Part shown: positions 1-13,629 of the stretch, one piece after another | How the letters are laid out: every line of letters starts with the position of its first letter | Position numbering within the stretch: position 1 is the first letter of the stretch | Origin: Octopus bimaculoides | Lineage: Eukaryota | Direction: 5' to 3' | NCBI RefSeq assembly: GCF_001194135.2 | Contig: NC_068993.1 | Location: 14,701,298-14,765,297, forward strand | DNA: 64,000 bases | Position numbers and translations under genes: made by a program | Notes under the pieces: model-generated | Seen by the model: only the letters and a program-made list of their open reading frames with translations | Database searches by the model: none | What the model was told of the DNA's origin: nothing

Positions 1-255
1 CTTTTAGAAATATGCATTACCTCTGGCTGTTGCTTACACGTGACTATAGGCCATTTCTCTCGCCCCTGTCTTTTCTAGACAAGACGTCCGCCGGGCTGGA
101 GGTCGTTTTCTCACCTACCGACATTTTTCACTTCTACTATTCTTTCTATTCTATTTATTCTATTTCCTTTAAAACATTTCTTTCAGGCTTTTCCCATTAC
201 AATTCGTCTTGGGCTAACGGCACTTAATGTTTGTCTCCATCGATTGATTACTTTG

Positions 256-506
256 TATGTTCACTCTGTTGTTCTGGTTGTTGTTTATTCGTTCGAAGTC
301 GTAACTCTCCACAAATTATATATTTTTTTAAATATATTAATGCTGCTGTCTTATCAAGTTTTCCTATCTTCTCGTTAAAAGCACGAATTATGTAGTAGTA
401 AAACAGACGACGACTGATGAACGAGTTATCTTATTTTAGTATTTGTCCTGTACTTATATCTCATGTGTTTACGTATTTTTCACTTATTGGTGATGTCCTG
501 TACTTA
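256..506 (+). mobile_element. Unclassified ~250 bp dispersed repeat (family A), copy 1, followed by (TA)n
   Basis: Colinear with the reverse complement of 58908-59153, e.g. cgaagtcgtaactctccacaaatt / cgaagacataactctccacaaatt, actgatgaacgagttatctt / actgatgaacaagttatctt, and ttggtgatgtcctgtactta in both copies. Confidence 0.75.
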
Positions 507-514
507 TTGCGTGC

Positions 515-561
<47 letters not shown>

Positions 562-1876
562 TATGTATATATATTGTTGTATAATCCTATTCCAAGTATC
601 ACAGAAAGATAAAACGGACTAAGGAGAACATGAGGAAGCACATGGGATAAAGAGTCGGTGAAGAGGTCACAAGATGTATGACGAAAGAGCTTTGACAAAT
701 AAACTAAAATAGTAATAATAAAACTGAAGTGAAAACCAAATATATAGTCCCTGTGTTTAATTGCCAAAATATGACCGTCCCTAAGTATAACAAAATATGT
801 TTTTCAAATGTTTTCCAAGTAACATTCCTTCCCTGAATTTTGAATATGAATCTATATGACCACTTCCATCATAATAAAACTATATATATAAACAGCTGAA
901 ATGTTTAACCTTGTGAAGGTAAACACGCTCTCATTTGCATCATCAAATATCTGTATTGTCTATTCTCCCCTAAAGTAAAACAAAATCAACGGACAAATAA
1001 ACAGAATTCGCTTCACTAAAAGACTATTTTCATAAAGAGATAAGGAAGTATAAAATCTTCTTTTCATACATCACACTTCTCCGTGTTCTGCTCTATTGCA
1101 CGTATTTCTGTACATATAAAGACGTGTGAATTGTGTTAAAGTCACCCATTCATTTAGACCCATCATCTTTTCATTGGAAGCGTATCATCAACGTGGTCGG
1201 AATTTAATGACCAATAAAGCCGGCAATATTGTAGAAATAAGTCTGGATGATAGACAAAGTGAAGAATCGACTCAAAAAGGAGAACGAAAACGAGATAGGA
1301 AGAGACAGAAAGAAGCATGATGTGTTAGGGAGAGTGAGTGAGTGAGTGAGTGAGTGAGTGAATGAGAGAACAGGAAGGTGAGAAGAATGAAACGCCATGA
1401 TACAAGGACATATCTAAGGGCGATAACAGAGGGGAATTTATTTCAAATTAATGTTTCTTGCCTGTTCAGAAACCATGGCAGAATTAGGCATTCTTTTCTT
1501 TTCGCTATCAAATAAACTCCCCACAAAGATTCTTTGCTTAGAATAGAATGTATTTGCCTTGCGGTTTTCTGTTGAATGGTTATGTATTTGAAGAGTTAAT
1601 GACTTTCTTCTGTTTTTTTTCGTTTTTATATATTCTATATTTTTGATTAGGTTTGTTTTGATTTTTATCAATCGTAGCCAACCAATCTCCTCATACAAAA
1701 ACACACACACAAAAAAAAAATGCATCTTCATCGGTTGTTAATATCATAAAAATACCACGACACCATAGCTCAGGCAATTGCGAAACACTGTTTCTGCAAC
1801 AGACTCAGCCATAGAAACACAACGCATAGATTTTGTAGATAAGATTTCTTACTGCCATCCATCGTTATAGCAATGG

Positions 1877-1878
<2 letters not shown>

Positions 1879-1937
<59 letters not shown>

Positions 1938-2520
1938 TCTTCTTCTTCTTCTTCTTCTTCTTCTTCTTCTTCTTCTTCTACTTCTTCTTCTACTTCTTTT
2001 TCTTCTTCTTCTTCTTCGTTTTCTTCTTCTTCTACTTCTTCTTCTTCTTCTTCTTCATCTTCTTCCTCTGCTTCTTCTTCTTACTCTTGTATTCTCCACC
2101 TCACCCTCCTTCGTCTCACCACTTCCCCTCCCCTCCTCCTAATTCTTCTCGCCCTCCTCCTTCTATTTCTATTCCATTCAGTTACTATTCCTCTTACTTT
2201 CCTCTACATCACATTACTTCTATTCCTTTTTCTTCACCACTTTCTCCTGTTTCAACTTATTTTCCTCCACATTTTCGAATACTTCTCACATTTCTCATCA
2301 TCATCTTTCTTCTCCTACTACTGCTCCTTATATCTTGTCTTTCTCTTTTTTCCATCGTGATATTTCTCCTTTTTCCATTTTATTCTTCTCTTTGACCCTC
2401 GTCACCTGCCCCTCCTCATTCTCTCTGTTCCTCTCGATCTACGTCTTCTATGTTCATGTCTTCTATTTGTTCTTTAACTACTATCACATTCTCACCCGCT
2501 CTTCCTCTTCATCTCTGTCA
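1879..2520. repeat. Compound (CT)n-(CTT)n microsatellite grading into a degenerate polypyrimidine tract
   Basis: Seen directly. It explains the poly-L/S ORFs 1873-2142, 2087-2395 and 2335-2544. Confidence 0.95.
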
Positions 2521-3006
2521 TACGATATTGATAATAATTCGTAGACGGTATCTTAAAATCTCGCAATATTATACCCGTCCGCAGATACAGCAGTAACTAA
2601 ACTTATCACCCTTTTCAAAAGAATTCATACAAGAAGCCATAATTCTTTATTCGGCGACGTATTTATTTAGTATATTCGATAACGTATCAAACTTTCTTCA
2701 TGAGAGGATAATAGTCAGTTTATAATTTTGACAATGATTTATCTGCTTCATTCAATAGTCGTAAGTAATATGTTATGCTATAATATACAATAATAGTGCT
2801 TCTAATCTAGATATAACTACTACTATATTACGGAGACACCATCTTAATCCGTTTTCTGTCAGTAGTTCCTGAAATAACAATGATGATAGAGATGATTCTT
2901 GGTTGACAACTGAAACCTATATGAAAAAAATGTTTTTAATTCTAACGTATTTGTCACCTACCCGTTATTTATATTTTAATTCATATCTACTTCAAGAAGG
3001 TACCTA

Positions 3007-3240
3007 TATACGATGACGGGCTGAAAAGTTCATTGACTGAACAAGATGGACTATAACCAAAACAGGTTTATATTTTTCTTCTTGCTGACTAGGGACCTTT
3101 TTGTCGTAAGCGAATTTTTGGTCCTTTTTCAACTATCTCTCATACACATTTTAACTGGGTTCAAATTTTGTTCCGCACATCTACTCACATAGGAAATACG
3201 TTGTTTTGTGTTACTTTGAACTTTTTACTATGCTGGGTAT
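3007..3240 (-). mobile_element. Degenerate mariner-like DNA transposon end fragment
   Basis: TA followed by CGATGACGGGCTGAAAAGTTC resembles mariner TIRs. The minus strand holds a decayed version of the mariner C-terminal KC...GDYVEK motif (aaaatgtgtatgagagatagttgaaaaa). Recognition is from memory. Confidence 0.45.
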
Positions 3241-3289
3241 TGATTTCATCATTAGTCGTCTAATATATCATATACGTGTGCGTGTGTGT

Positions 3290-3333
<44 letters not shown>

Positions 3334-3639
3334 TTAATACATACATGCATTCATGCATGCATATATGCATATATAGCCGTGTCTATCTACGCTTCTCGTG
3401 TTCCGTTTCACTTGTCTTCTGTCACATAGTGCATCAAAACTTCGCATCATCTTAAGTGCGAATTGCGTTACCAGGAATCTAAAGTACAAATTTAGACAAT
3501 ACTCACGACGAAACGGATTATTTTAGTTAATTGAAACTATTGACAGTATTCTATATACTAAAAGTACACTTTCGTTGTGAATATTATCATTTAATGAGTT
3601 AAATAAGGATGTTATTAGAGCGGTGAATTTTGCCAAGGC

Positions 3640-3900
3640 TTCCTATGTGTCGGGTAGAGTGTCGGATTACAGAACTTGCAGTATTTGTTCCAATTCTCTA
3701 TAATCTGATTTCAAATCCCACCAAATCAACATTGACACTTCTCCTAGTATGCGCTGAGTTGGTAAATATCTACCAACTGTGAGCAATGGATGTGGAAGTC
3801 TCTAAGAACGTAGATCTTGTTTCCATACAGCATTTGCTCGTTTTCTTTCTATTCTGAGTTCAAATCCACCGAGGTATTGGTTAGTTGTTGATTTAATTCG
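3640..3900 (+). mobile_element. Two old, degraded tRNA-SINE fragments
   Basis: Remnants of the SINE core (tctgatttcaaatcccacc; ttctgagttcaaatccaccgaggt) match better-preserved copies at 4386 and 29120. Confidence 0.55.
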
Positions 3901-4385
3901 TCATCCGCTTTAACACCATTACATTTCCCATGGCATGCATGCTGCTATTAATTCAGGCCAGAGCAACAATTTGAGATATCCTTCTATTTCACGGGACCTA
4001 TAAATTGTCATGAGCGCTGCTTTCCTTCTTAAATATAACATGAGAAATATCGCTTGCATAAATTTTGAAAAGTCATCGATATATGATTTTCAAATTCATT
4101 GTCAGCAGCGAGTGAACTTTGAATTCAACCAGCACGTTATGATCCTCCATCGGCGAGTGAACATCAGAGAAATCGCAAGTAATAATATTGCTCCCTCAGT
4201 GGGTAACATTGCTTCTCAATCTTCTGGGGTTAATGAAATAAATACGGATATCACTGAAATAGATAAGGACTTTGGCTAAATCACTTCTCTTAAAAGTGCT
4301 GGGCTTCTGCTAAAATTTGAAATTGTGTTTATTATTATTTTTTAGTAGTAGTAGTAGTAGTAGTAGGTTTTGTAATATTATTAGT

Positions 4386-4676
4386 AAGGCGGCGAGCTGG
4401 CAGAATAGTTAATAAGCTGGACAAAGTACTTAGCAATGTTTTGTCCGTCATTAGGCTCGAAGTTCTAATTCCTCTGAGGTCGACTTCGCCTTTCGTACTG
4501 CCGAGGTCGATGAAAATAAGTACCAATTTTGTCCTGGGTTCGCTGTAACCGATGTAGTCGCATTCCCCACTCCTTCAAAATTGCTGTCGATGGGGGTTGA
4601 CGTAATTGACTATCCCCCTCTCCACAAATTTCATGCCTTGTGCTTCTAGTACAAAATATTATCATCATCATCATCA

Positions 4677-4712
<36 letters not shown>
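4386..4712 (+). mobile_element. tRNA-derived SINE (ggcggcgagctggcagaa family) with internal duplication and (CAT)n/(TAT)n tail
   Basis: Head aaggcggcgagctggcagaa and core gaggtcgacttcgcctttc...gtcgatgaaaataagtacca are homologous to the copies at 10700-11070, 29120-29489 and 38030-38680. Confidence 0.85.
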
Positions 4713-5997
4713 CAAACAAAGCATGCAATTTTTTTATAAATACAGAGTGTGCATAGATAAAATATAAAAATTCACCCGGCTGTTTCAACGCTCCATTGTT
4801 CGATTTCAGATCATAAAATTTTAAAGAAATGTTTACGTATACACTGAAATGGAAACTGAATATTTTTGCATTGTTTCAACACGGAAGGAATTGAACTTTA
4901 GATACAGTCGAACAATTTAATCCTGTTTAAAAGAAGTTTTCTACTAAGAGGCAGTGGAATCATACGTTGGACAGTAAAATATATTGTCGCTCATACACAT
5001 ATGATGTTGCTAGTGGCAACTTATATACCAGATTCTTCACCCGACCACTTTCAACCTTTGTTTGGTACCCGGTCGAGTCTTCAGCCTGTGGATATGTACT
5101 CATTTCATTTGTTCGCGCAAATGGAGTATTGATAAGAAACTTATGTCGCATAAAACTGTGGCCAAACCTAATAATAGTAAATTGAGTTATTGAGTAACAA
5201 ATATAGCCTCTGGCTTGTAAACGATTATATAGTTAATACTTCCAAATGCACTTTGTATTGCTGATAAATAATAACAGTGAACTATGTAAACACACAACAT
5301 ACAGAAAGATTAGCTGTAAAGTATCGATTGCATCATTTTGCTTCTAAATAAATAAATAATTTAAATTAAGTTTACGATGGCAGAATTGTTCGAAGTTATA
5401 AACTATTATTTTATGTTTCTTCAATAATCTTAGCTAATTCTTCGTCACTTTTAGTTTTTCTTTGATCTGACCTCATCTACTTTACACACATTTAGATATT
5501 TCATCTTGCGTTTCTGTATATTTTTGCTTGTTATTATTTCTTGTTATTTGATTTCGCTTAGCAACATTCATATTTTATTTGTTTACTTGTAGACATTTTC
5601 GCTGCTACTTACTCGTCAGATATTCAGTTTTACATAATATACTGTTCTAGTTACCAAACAAACAACAACAAAAAAATGATATTGCCAGAGTAAACTGATT
5701 GTACTGATTTCATTAACACATCTGTAATCGTGGTCACGACCAGAATTGTTCAAACAGCTATATCTCGTTAGGTTTTCATTTCCTATATTTTATTACTTTG
5801 TATTCAAAGCAAATAGACGTTATTATCACTACAAAGAGAATGTAATATATTCGTAAAGGAAAATCGACAAGACTTTGAGAAGTTGATATAGAGCACTAAT
5901 TAGAAATACAGTATAATATGATTCATTAACTAAATGGATCTTATGTGATATTGCATACTGGAACTTTTGTCTGAAGTTAGCGTTTTACTTTAAACAG

Positions 5998-6073
5998 CAC
6001 AAATAATACAACTATTGGGGTGTTACTAAATACAAAACATAGACTGTAGATGGAAAATAAGCAAAGTGCCAAG
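5998..6073 (+). other. Weak candidate exon: 5'UTR plus start ATG at 6050 (MENKQSAK), phase-0 donor
   Basis: Acceptor ttttactttaaacag| and donor CAAG|GTAAGG. Supported by splice signals only; no recognisable homology. Confidence 0.2.
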
Positions 6074-6289
6074 GTAAGGGCCAATTTTTCGTCTGCAATC
6101 CTTCCTTGTATGTTATTTATGTTATTTAGAAATAACAGATAGGAACAGGCTCAATTAAAATTGATTACATAGATTGTATTTTATGATCAATAAGTTATAA
6201 TTTGTTAGTTATTAAAAGCGTGGTAAAGAATGATGCAAAGAGTAAAACTGCAGTTACTCAATCCACATTGCAACTTCAGGTTTATTCCT

Positions 6290-6395
6290 GTAATTATTGA
6301 GGCTCTGGGATTTGTTTAGGTGCCGTGCAGTGGGACTGAACTCTAAACGAGTGATTGCAAAACAAGCTCCTAAACCATGCAGCCAGACCTGTGCT
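6290..6395 (-). mobile_element. SINE 5' head fragment (gcaggcgtggct family)
   Basis: gtgccgtgcagtgggactgaactc...aaacaagctcctaaccatgcagcc matches the minus-strand head at 14640-14717. Confidence 0.7.
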
Positions 6396-7002
6396 TGTAA
6401 TGAAAACTTTATTATATATTTTATTATTGTTCCGTTCTAAATAGAGTTTATTTCGAAAATATGTTTCATAGAAAATATAATATATATTTGATTCGATATA
6501 GGTGTATATTTAATACATAAAATTAAACCTAAAAGCTGTTGTGTCTGCAATTCAAATGGCATAAACATATGGGTCATACATAGAATATTTAACTTGTCTT
6601 CCTGATATTTTAATAAAACTTCACTGGTGATACGTAGTTCAAAATTGGTCATTAATCATGGATAAAAGTTACAAAGCAAACGATATATCTGTCAAACTAA
6701 ATTACGGCTTATGTATATGGAAGCTTTTATGCATCCGTCTAAATAAAAACGAATTATGATATATGCAAAACTCAAAACATACACATAACTGCATTCACAT
6801 GCAGACGTACGCATACAGACACACAGGCACACACGCGCGCACATATACACACACAGAGACATACATGCGCGCACATATACACACACAGAGACATACACCG
6901 GGTGCTTCTTTGAATGTGTGTGCAATAGGCATCTCTATATATGCATATCCGTAATGTACGTATATAGACATGCATACACTCAGAAACACGTGGATATAAG
7001 AC

Positions 7003-7040
<38 letters not shown>

Positions 7041-9049
7041 ACACACATACATACACGCGCACATACACATAGAGATGTATATCTGTGTATTAAGTAGAAA
7101 TACAAACATCATAAACAAATATAAACNNNNNNNNNNNNNNNNNNNNNNNNNNNNNNNNNNNNNNNNNNNNNNNNNNNNNNNNNNNNNNNNNNNNNNNNNN
7201 NNNNNNNNNNNNNNNNNNNNNNNNNNNNNNNNNNNNNNNNNNNNNNNNNNNNNNNNNNNNNNNNNNNNNNNNNNNNNNNNNNNNNNNNNNNNNNNNNNNN
7301 NNNNNNNNNNNNNNNNNNNNNNNNNNNNNNNNNNNNNNNNNNNNNNNNNNNNNNNNNNNNNNNNNNNNNNNNNNNNNNNNNNNNNNNNNNNNNNNNNNNN
7401 NNNNNNNNNNNNNNNNNNNNNNNNNNNNNNNATATATATATAAATATGCATATATAGGTATGCGTGTGTAGTAGGGGGTATTTGTGATTGTGTGGTGTAT
7501 GTAATATGTCTGATAGTTCGTTGGGAGGGGGTTAAAATCATAATTCGGATTTAAAGTAATCCTGGTGTGACGTAGGCAATTTTATATTGTCTAGCATTCT
7601 CTGAAGTGTCAATTCCTCAATTAGATTTTTAGCTTCCGTTGTCACTTCAATGAGAATTTCACACGATGTTAGATATCCATGAATATTTAAAAGCCTTATT
7701 CATATTCAGAATATATATGTACGTGGATTTATGTATGCATGTATATCAATGAAAATTATACATATATCGTGTAGGTGAGTTCGTATTTATGGTTGCGTGA
7801 ATTGTTCAAATGGATGCTAATATGCATCGAGTTTATATAGAATTATATTTGAACCGTGCTTCAGTTATTTCTTTTCTTTGTTATTTATTCTGTTAACCTC
7901 CATTAAAATGACAATTTAAATGGTTGTATATTTATTTGAACTTTCCCCATAATAAATACGGGGAGAAAAAACTGAAAGGAAAATAATTGCCAGAAAAAAT
8001 ATCAAAAGAAAATCGAGTTATTAAAATATGTTTACAAAATAACGATGAAACTATTGTATGAATGTAAAATTTAGTGTATATAAAATGTCAATTTGTCTAT
8101 AGTTTAGATTTGTTTTATGCATTTTGTTTAGCTTTTTATATGTCTGCTGTTTAATTATGAAGACAGGAACGTTCAGAATTTTATGTCAAATGAGACGCTG
8201 TTTGTAATCGGATTCGGTAAATACAACCTAGCATACAGCATGAAGCTATATTTCCTGTGAGTGACGTAAATCATAGAAGAGGGAAAATATATGAGCGTCA
8301 CAGTTTTCACTGTTTATCAAATAAACATTTCTAAATAAGAAAGGAGTATTATTTGATAGGATTACTCATCAAATTATTTCAACTCATTTCTCGAGACGAA
8401 AAAAAGTCTGAAAAACTTTCATAACCGGATATAATGTAGTTGACTTTGTGTTGGTCTCCAGTGTAGGTAAAAGAAATATGGCATCCCTAACAAATGCAGA
8501 GTAAATAACTTGACAATTAATTTATTGATTGTTGTTGATAAAAGCATAGGCAAATTATTATATTCTCTGTGTGTGTGTATATGTATATACATACACAGAT
8601 GTAATATTATTGTTCTTTATAGGAATAATAAAGTGTCTAGCAAGTTCACACCTTTACAGGTACAATATAAAGTAAATTAGGATTCAGTAAGATATATAAC
8701 GCCATTTACTAAGATCAGAGCCGTTGCTCTAAAAACTACCATAAAACTGACGATAAAGATACACACGTGCAATGCAATGAACATATGAGAAGTAGGCTTA
8801 CCTTTGCGTTGAAAACATCAATAGGTAATGTATATTTCAATATCAATCGATTTCACGCTTTGCACCAGAAACATACTTTGGGATCTTCAGTTGAAAATAA
8901 CATTTTAATATCTATTTCTAAAATATTCACTATGTTAGCTCGTGTGCGTTCCTTACTCTAAACGTACCACTCCTTTTAAAAGGAACTATCGTGGACAAGA
9001 AAAAGTTTCATAAAAAGTATTATTAACGTTATTTATAGTAATATAGGGA

Positions 9050-9405
9050 AGACATGGTCCCAGGTTTGGTTACACTGTGTGGCGACTTGAGCAAGTTTCT
9101 TCTACTATATAGCCTCGGGTCGACCAAAGGCTAGCGAGTCGATTTCTTAGACATGCATATTATATGTGTGTACGCATGTATATTTGAGTGAATGTATATG
9201 TGTGTGAGTGTTGTTTGTTTTTCTCCATCCATCACTTGACAACCAATGTCAGTTTGTTTATGTCCCCGTATCTTAGCGGTTCGGCAAAAGAGTTGATACA
9301 ATAAGTACTAGGCTTACAAAGAATAAGTACTGGGGTCGATTTCTTCGACTAAAAGCAGTTCTCCAGCATGGCCGCAGTCAAATGACTAAAACAAGTAAAA
9401 GAATG
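9050..9405 (+). mobile_element. tRNA-derived SINE, second family, with internal (TG)n
   Basis: Contains cttagcggttcggcaaaagag...aataagtactggggtcgatttcttcgactaaaa...ctccagcatggccgcagtcaaatgactaaaacaagtaaaag. Homologous to 14558-14717, 17290-17415 and 21895-22058. Confidence 0.85.
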
Positions 9406-9493
9406 TGTATATATACGCATACATACACACGCCACACGCGGATATAGGTATATATATAGCGAGAATTCACAAAACAAAAACAGAAGACGAAGA

Positions 9494-9620
9494 CAGGTGG
9501 TGTAGACAACAAACATATACATTAGTATAACACTCGGGGAAGGAAAAAGTATTTAACGTTTCGAGCCTACGCTCTTCCGCAGAAAGGAACACAGAAAGAA
9601 ACAAGGAGAGAAAAAAGAGA
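9494..9620 (-). mobile_element. Dispersed repeat family B (Penelope-like terminal fragment), copy 1
   Basis: The core aacgtttcgagcctacgctcttc is shared with 21615-21730 (inverted) and 55443-55590. The gaagagcgtaggctcgaaacgt motif resembles Penelope-like element ends; that classification is inferred. Confidence 0.65.
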
Positions 9621-9625
9621 CGCCT

Positions 9626-9626
<1 letters not shown>

Positions 9627-9690
<64 letters not shown>

Positions 9691-9691
9691 C

Positions 9692-9748
<57 letters not shown>
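9627..9748. repeat. (GATA)n tetranucleotide microsatellite
   Basis: Seen directly. Confidence 0.97.
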
Positions 9749-10699
9749 CATTATAGCTGTAGACATATGAACGTAATCTAAAGAAGTTTTGGCTGTCATA
9801 GACCAGCGACAGATTAACGAAGAATGGTAAATATGAAACGGAAACCGGTGTATATAGTTATTCCCAGCGATACTAAAACATATGTGATAAAGGAATTCGC
9901 ATTTGAGAATTAAATTTAATAGCAGGAAAGTCTTAAAATTAAGTAAATATATTTATATATAAAACCTGTTTTCTTTCGAATAAATTTGGAGAATTTTATG
10001 CATCTACATATTATTAAAGCGCAATGCCATTTTCAAAAGCTTTTAATATCACAGATAAAATTACTTCTGTTAAAAAAACTATTTGTGGCTTTCAATATCA
10101 TATTTATTTTCAAGAATATTTTGTCCTTCTTCACTGTTAAATCGTGTCCTGCTTACTTATCACATATTAGTTTAATTTTCTAGCATGTTATACATTTTAC
10201 CTGTTAGACTTTTCGATAATACGATGAATCGAATATATATTAATTGCTACAGTAAATTACAATGATGACTATTTAATATATAAATAGAAACTTGCATTCT
10301 TAAATCACGGGTGCAATAGTGAGTGGACCGATCGCATTTCTGAGAATGTTTTAAGAGTTTCAGGACACAACGAAACAACCGACGGAAATAGTACCAGGTT
10401 TCAATTCATATTGTACTATTTAAATCAATGTTACCTCCATAAATATGTCAGAGGGTATAAGTATACTTCACATCAGCCAGTTTCTATCATTTTCTTCTTG
10501 TCACAGTTGAAATATTCTGGCCTCTATTATCTGGAATGTTTTGATGAGTTTCTCTTTTCTCTTCTGGCCTATGGCCACTTGTGTACGTTTTCCAAGAGCT
10601 ATTGACAAACTGATTTAGGAACTACTTCAACAAGATGTGAGTCATATTCGTGTTTGTAGCTAGTAAGCCTGGTTGCTGATATATAATTCCACGTCAAAA

Positions 10700-11070
10700 T
10701 TTTGTCGCCAAAGTAGGCATTTCGTCCAACTTTACGTCCTGAGCAGAAATTCCGCTGAGCTCAAGTTCGCCTTTCATAATTTCGTAATCAATGAAATAAA
10801 TACCAGTTGATGACAGGGGTTACTTTAGTCCACTGACCCCTCCCCTAAAACTGCTGCCCTGACAGAAAGAATAGCAATTAGCAGTCAAAATAGTTAGCAC
10901 GCCGGGAAAAATGCGTTGTGGCACTTCGTCCACCTTTACGTTGTGAGTTCAAATTCTGACACGATGGACTTTCCCTTTCATACTTCCAAGATCATGGGAT
11001 GGTGGTTAGTTGGTTTCAATGTAATCAACTAAACTTGTCATCTAAAATGTGTTGGCCTTGTGCCAAGATT
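10700..11070 (+). mobile_element. Two tandem degraded SINE copies (ggcggcgagctgg family)
   Basis: gcatttcgtcc...aaattccgctgagctcaagttcgcctttcat and gttagcacgccggg...gagttcaaattc...gactttccctttcat. Confidence 0.75.
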
Positions 11071-11699
11071 TGAAATGAAGATTTTGTGACAGAGCTATGT
11101 TATTTTCATTACCAACTCATTAAATTTATAGACGACGCGCAAACGGCGTGTGATATCTGAAATAAAGCTTTATTCTTCTCATGAATGAATAATTAATTAC
11201 AGCAGTAGATATATAATCATTTTCTGGACGCGGGCAGATTTTCAATTTCAATAAGTAGAAAAGCATTTTTCTTGAAAATAATTGTTATTGGCATTAATGT
11301 AGTTCTCATTCTCATTAGATTATAAAATTTCCTTTAAATTATTGTGAGTAAAAAATGTGGCACCCAAAATGCAAATGAGGGGTTTAATTCTAAGTAGTTA
11401 TGGTTGGTTTTAGCAATACATCGGCCATCGTGATAATAATCATGGTAAATATATATCTTAGGCTTGTTATGCTTACAACTGCTTCATCTGGTGCAATCAA
11501 AATGAGTTAAACATTAATAAGTAACGATATTCAACAAAATGGGATTTCTGAGGTAAACGACAAGTGTTTATAACAGTTAAGAATGCTAAGATATTGGAAA
11601 ATTGCTTGCTGTTACGAATCTCGTAACGAATGAGCATATCTCCATAACTATGGGTTTGTGTGTATTTCTCGTAGTGTGTTGTCAGTGTGAGGCAATGCG

Positions 11700-11736
<37 letters not shown>

Positions 11737-12679
11737 TTATACATGTANNNNNNNNNNTATATATATATATATATATATATATGCATACATCTGTACACGC
11801 ATATATGAATAGATAAATATATAAGTATGTATATATGAGTGTTTATGTATGTATATATATGTGAGTGTATGGGTATATAAAAATAAGTATGTATGTATGC
11901 GTATATGTATGTATAAGTATGTGTATGTATGAATATATGTATGTATGTGTATGTATGTATGTATGTATGTATGTTTGTATGTATGTATATTAAAAGAGAG
12001 AGAGAAAGAGGGAGAGAGTATATGAACTTGATAATTGGAAAGAATGAAATAGGAAGTAACAAGTAAACACGAAGAATGATAGAGGATTATCAAGGGGAAA
12101 TCTAAATATACGGAAAAGAATTACCTCCTACATTAAATACATGTGATAGAAGAGAGGAGAGACAGAGAACAGAGAGAGAGAGAGAGCGGGGAGGGGGGAA
12201 CTTTAATGTAGATATACTGAGATAGAGAATCAGATTAAAGGGACTTATTGAGAAAAATGAATGATATTGAAACAACGCATTAGAAGACGGTGAAACAGAT
12301 GATAGGAAACATATATAAAAAAATATGAATGTAATGAACACATGGATGTTGTACATGATTGTTGAATCAGTTTTAGGAATTTCCAAGCTGCCAAAAAGGA
12401 GCCAGAATGTCGAGAACATAATGGGAATTAACCAACCATACTGGAATTAATTGCAGTCAAGCTGAAAATATTCTCTCTGTATTAATCCAGCATTACATTC
12501 TTAACCATTATATTATGCCATTAGGACTGATTTTTGTTTCATTTTTTGTTTGTGTGTTTATGCTCTTTTTTTCGCTGTGGTTGTTGTTCTTGTTCGTGTT
12601 GTTGTTGCAATGGTGATGATGGTGGCAGCGAATAATGTTGTTACATATTTATGTTATTTTCTTAAAGATTTCCTACATA

Positions 12680-12682
<3 letters not shown>

Positions 12683-12712
<30 letters not shown>

Positions 12713-13254
12713 CTTCTTCTTCTTCTTCTTCTTCTTCTTCTTCTTCTNNNNNNNNNNNNNNNNNNNNNNNNNNNNNNNNNNNNNNNNNNNNNNNNNNNNN
12801 NNNNNNNNNNNNNNNNNNNNNNNNNNNNNNNNNNNNNNNNNNNNNNNNNNNNNNNNNNNNNNNNNNNNNNNNNNNNNNNNNNNNNNNNNNNNNNNNNNNN
12901 NNNNNNNNNNNNNNNNNNNNNNNNNNNNNNNNNNNNNNNNNNNNNNNNNNNNNNNNNNNNNNNNNNNNNNNNNNNNNNNNNNNNNNNNNNNNNNNNNNNN
13001 NNNNNNNNNNNNNNNNNNNNNNNNNNNNNNNNNNNNNNNNNNNNNNNNNCTCTCCTCCTTCAACACCACCACCACCACCACCACCGCTGCCGACGACGAC
13101 GACGACGCTGCAACGACCACGACCACCACCTCCTCATTCTCCTTCTTCTTTTTCTTCTTCTTCCTTTTCTTCTTCTTCTTCTTCTTCCCCTTCCTCATTC
13201 TTCTTCTTCTTCTTCTTCTCCTCCTTCTTCTTCGTCTCCTTCTCCTTCTTCTTC

Positions 13255-13286
<32 letters not shown>

Positions 13287-13330
13287 CTTCTTCTTCTTCT
13301 TCTTCTTCTTCTCCTCCTTCTCCACCTCCT
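12683..13330. repeat. (CTT)n - gap - (CCA)n(CGA)n(CTT)n compound microsatellite
   Basis: Seen directly. It explains ORFs 12550-13365, 12635-13432 and 12680-13456. Confidence 0.95.
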
Positions 13331-13629
13331 CCCACCGCTGCTACTTATACTCGGCGTGTTCTTAACATGTTCATTTGTGCTTCTATTATTCCTCATTTGT
13401 TGCTTTGTGGAACGAGGAAGGAATCGCAATAAGTGGTAAAGCTTCTTAATGAGCAATCATTATTGTTGTGGTAGTGTTCGAGGTGGCGGTGGCGACGGTG
13501 TTTGACGCACTGTAATCGTTATTGTTTAGTGATAGTTAAATAAACTTCTTTGTAATACGTTTAATCCATTTCAAAACTGACAAATATCGATTAAAGTGCA
13601 ACTCGAATATTATTTATTATAGTGCCATG

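Noticed and set aside
8146-8659. Two small plus-strand candidate exons that could be chained in phase (NFMSNETLFVIGF/GIIKCLASSHLY)
   Set aside because: They are short, the first acceptor is poor, and there is no homology. Such AG/GT pairs occur by chance at this AT content.
13330-13440. TM-like peptide LLLILGVFLTCSFVLLLFLICCFVERGRNRNKW*
   Set aside because: It follows directly from a (CTT)n array with no acceptor AG or start codon; a T-rich chance product.
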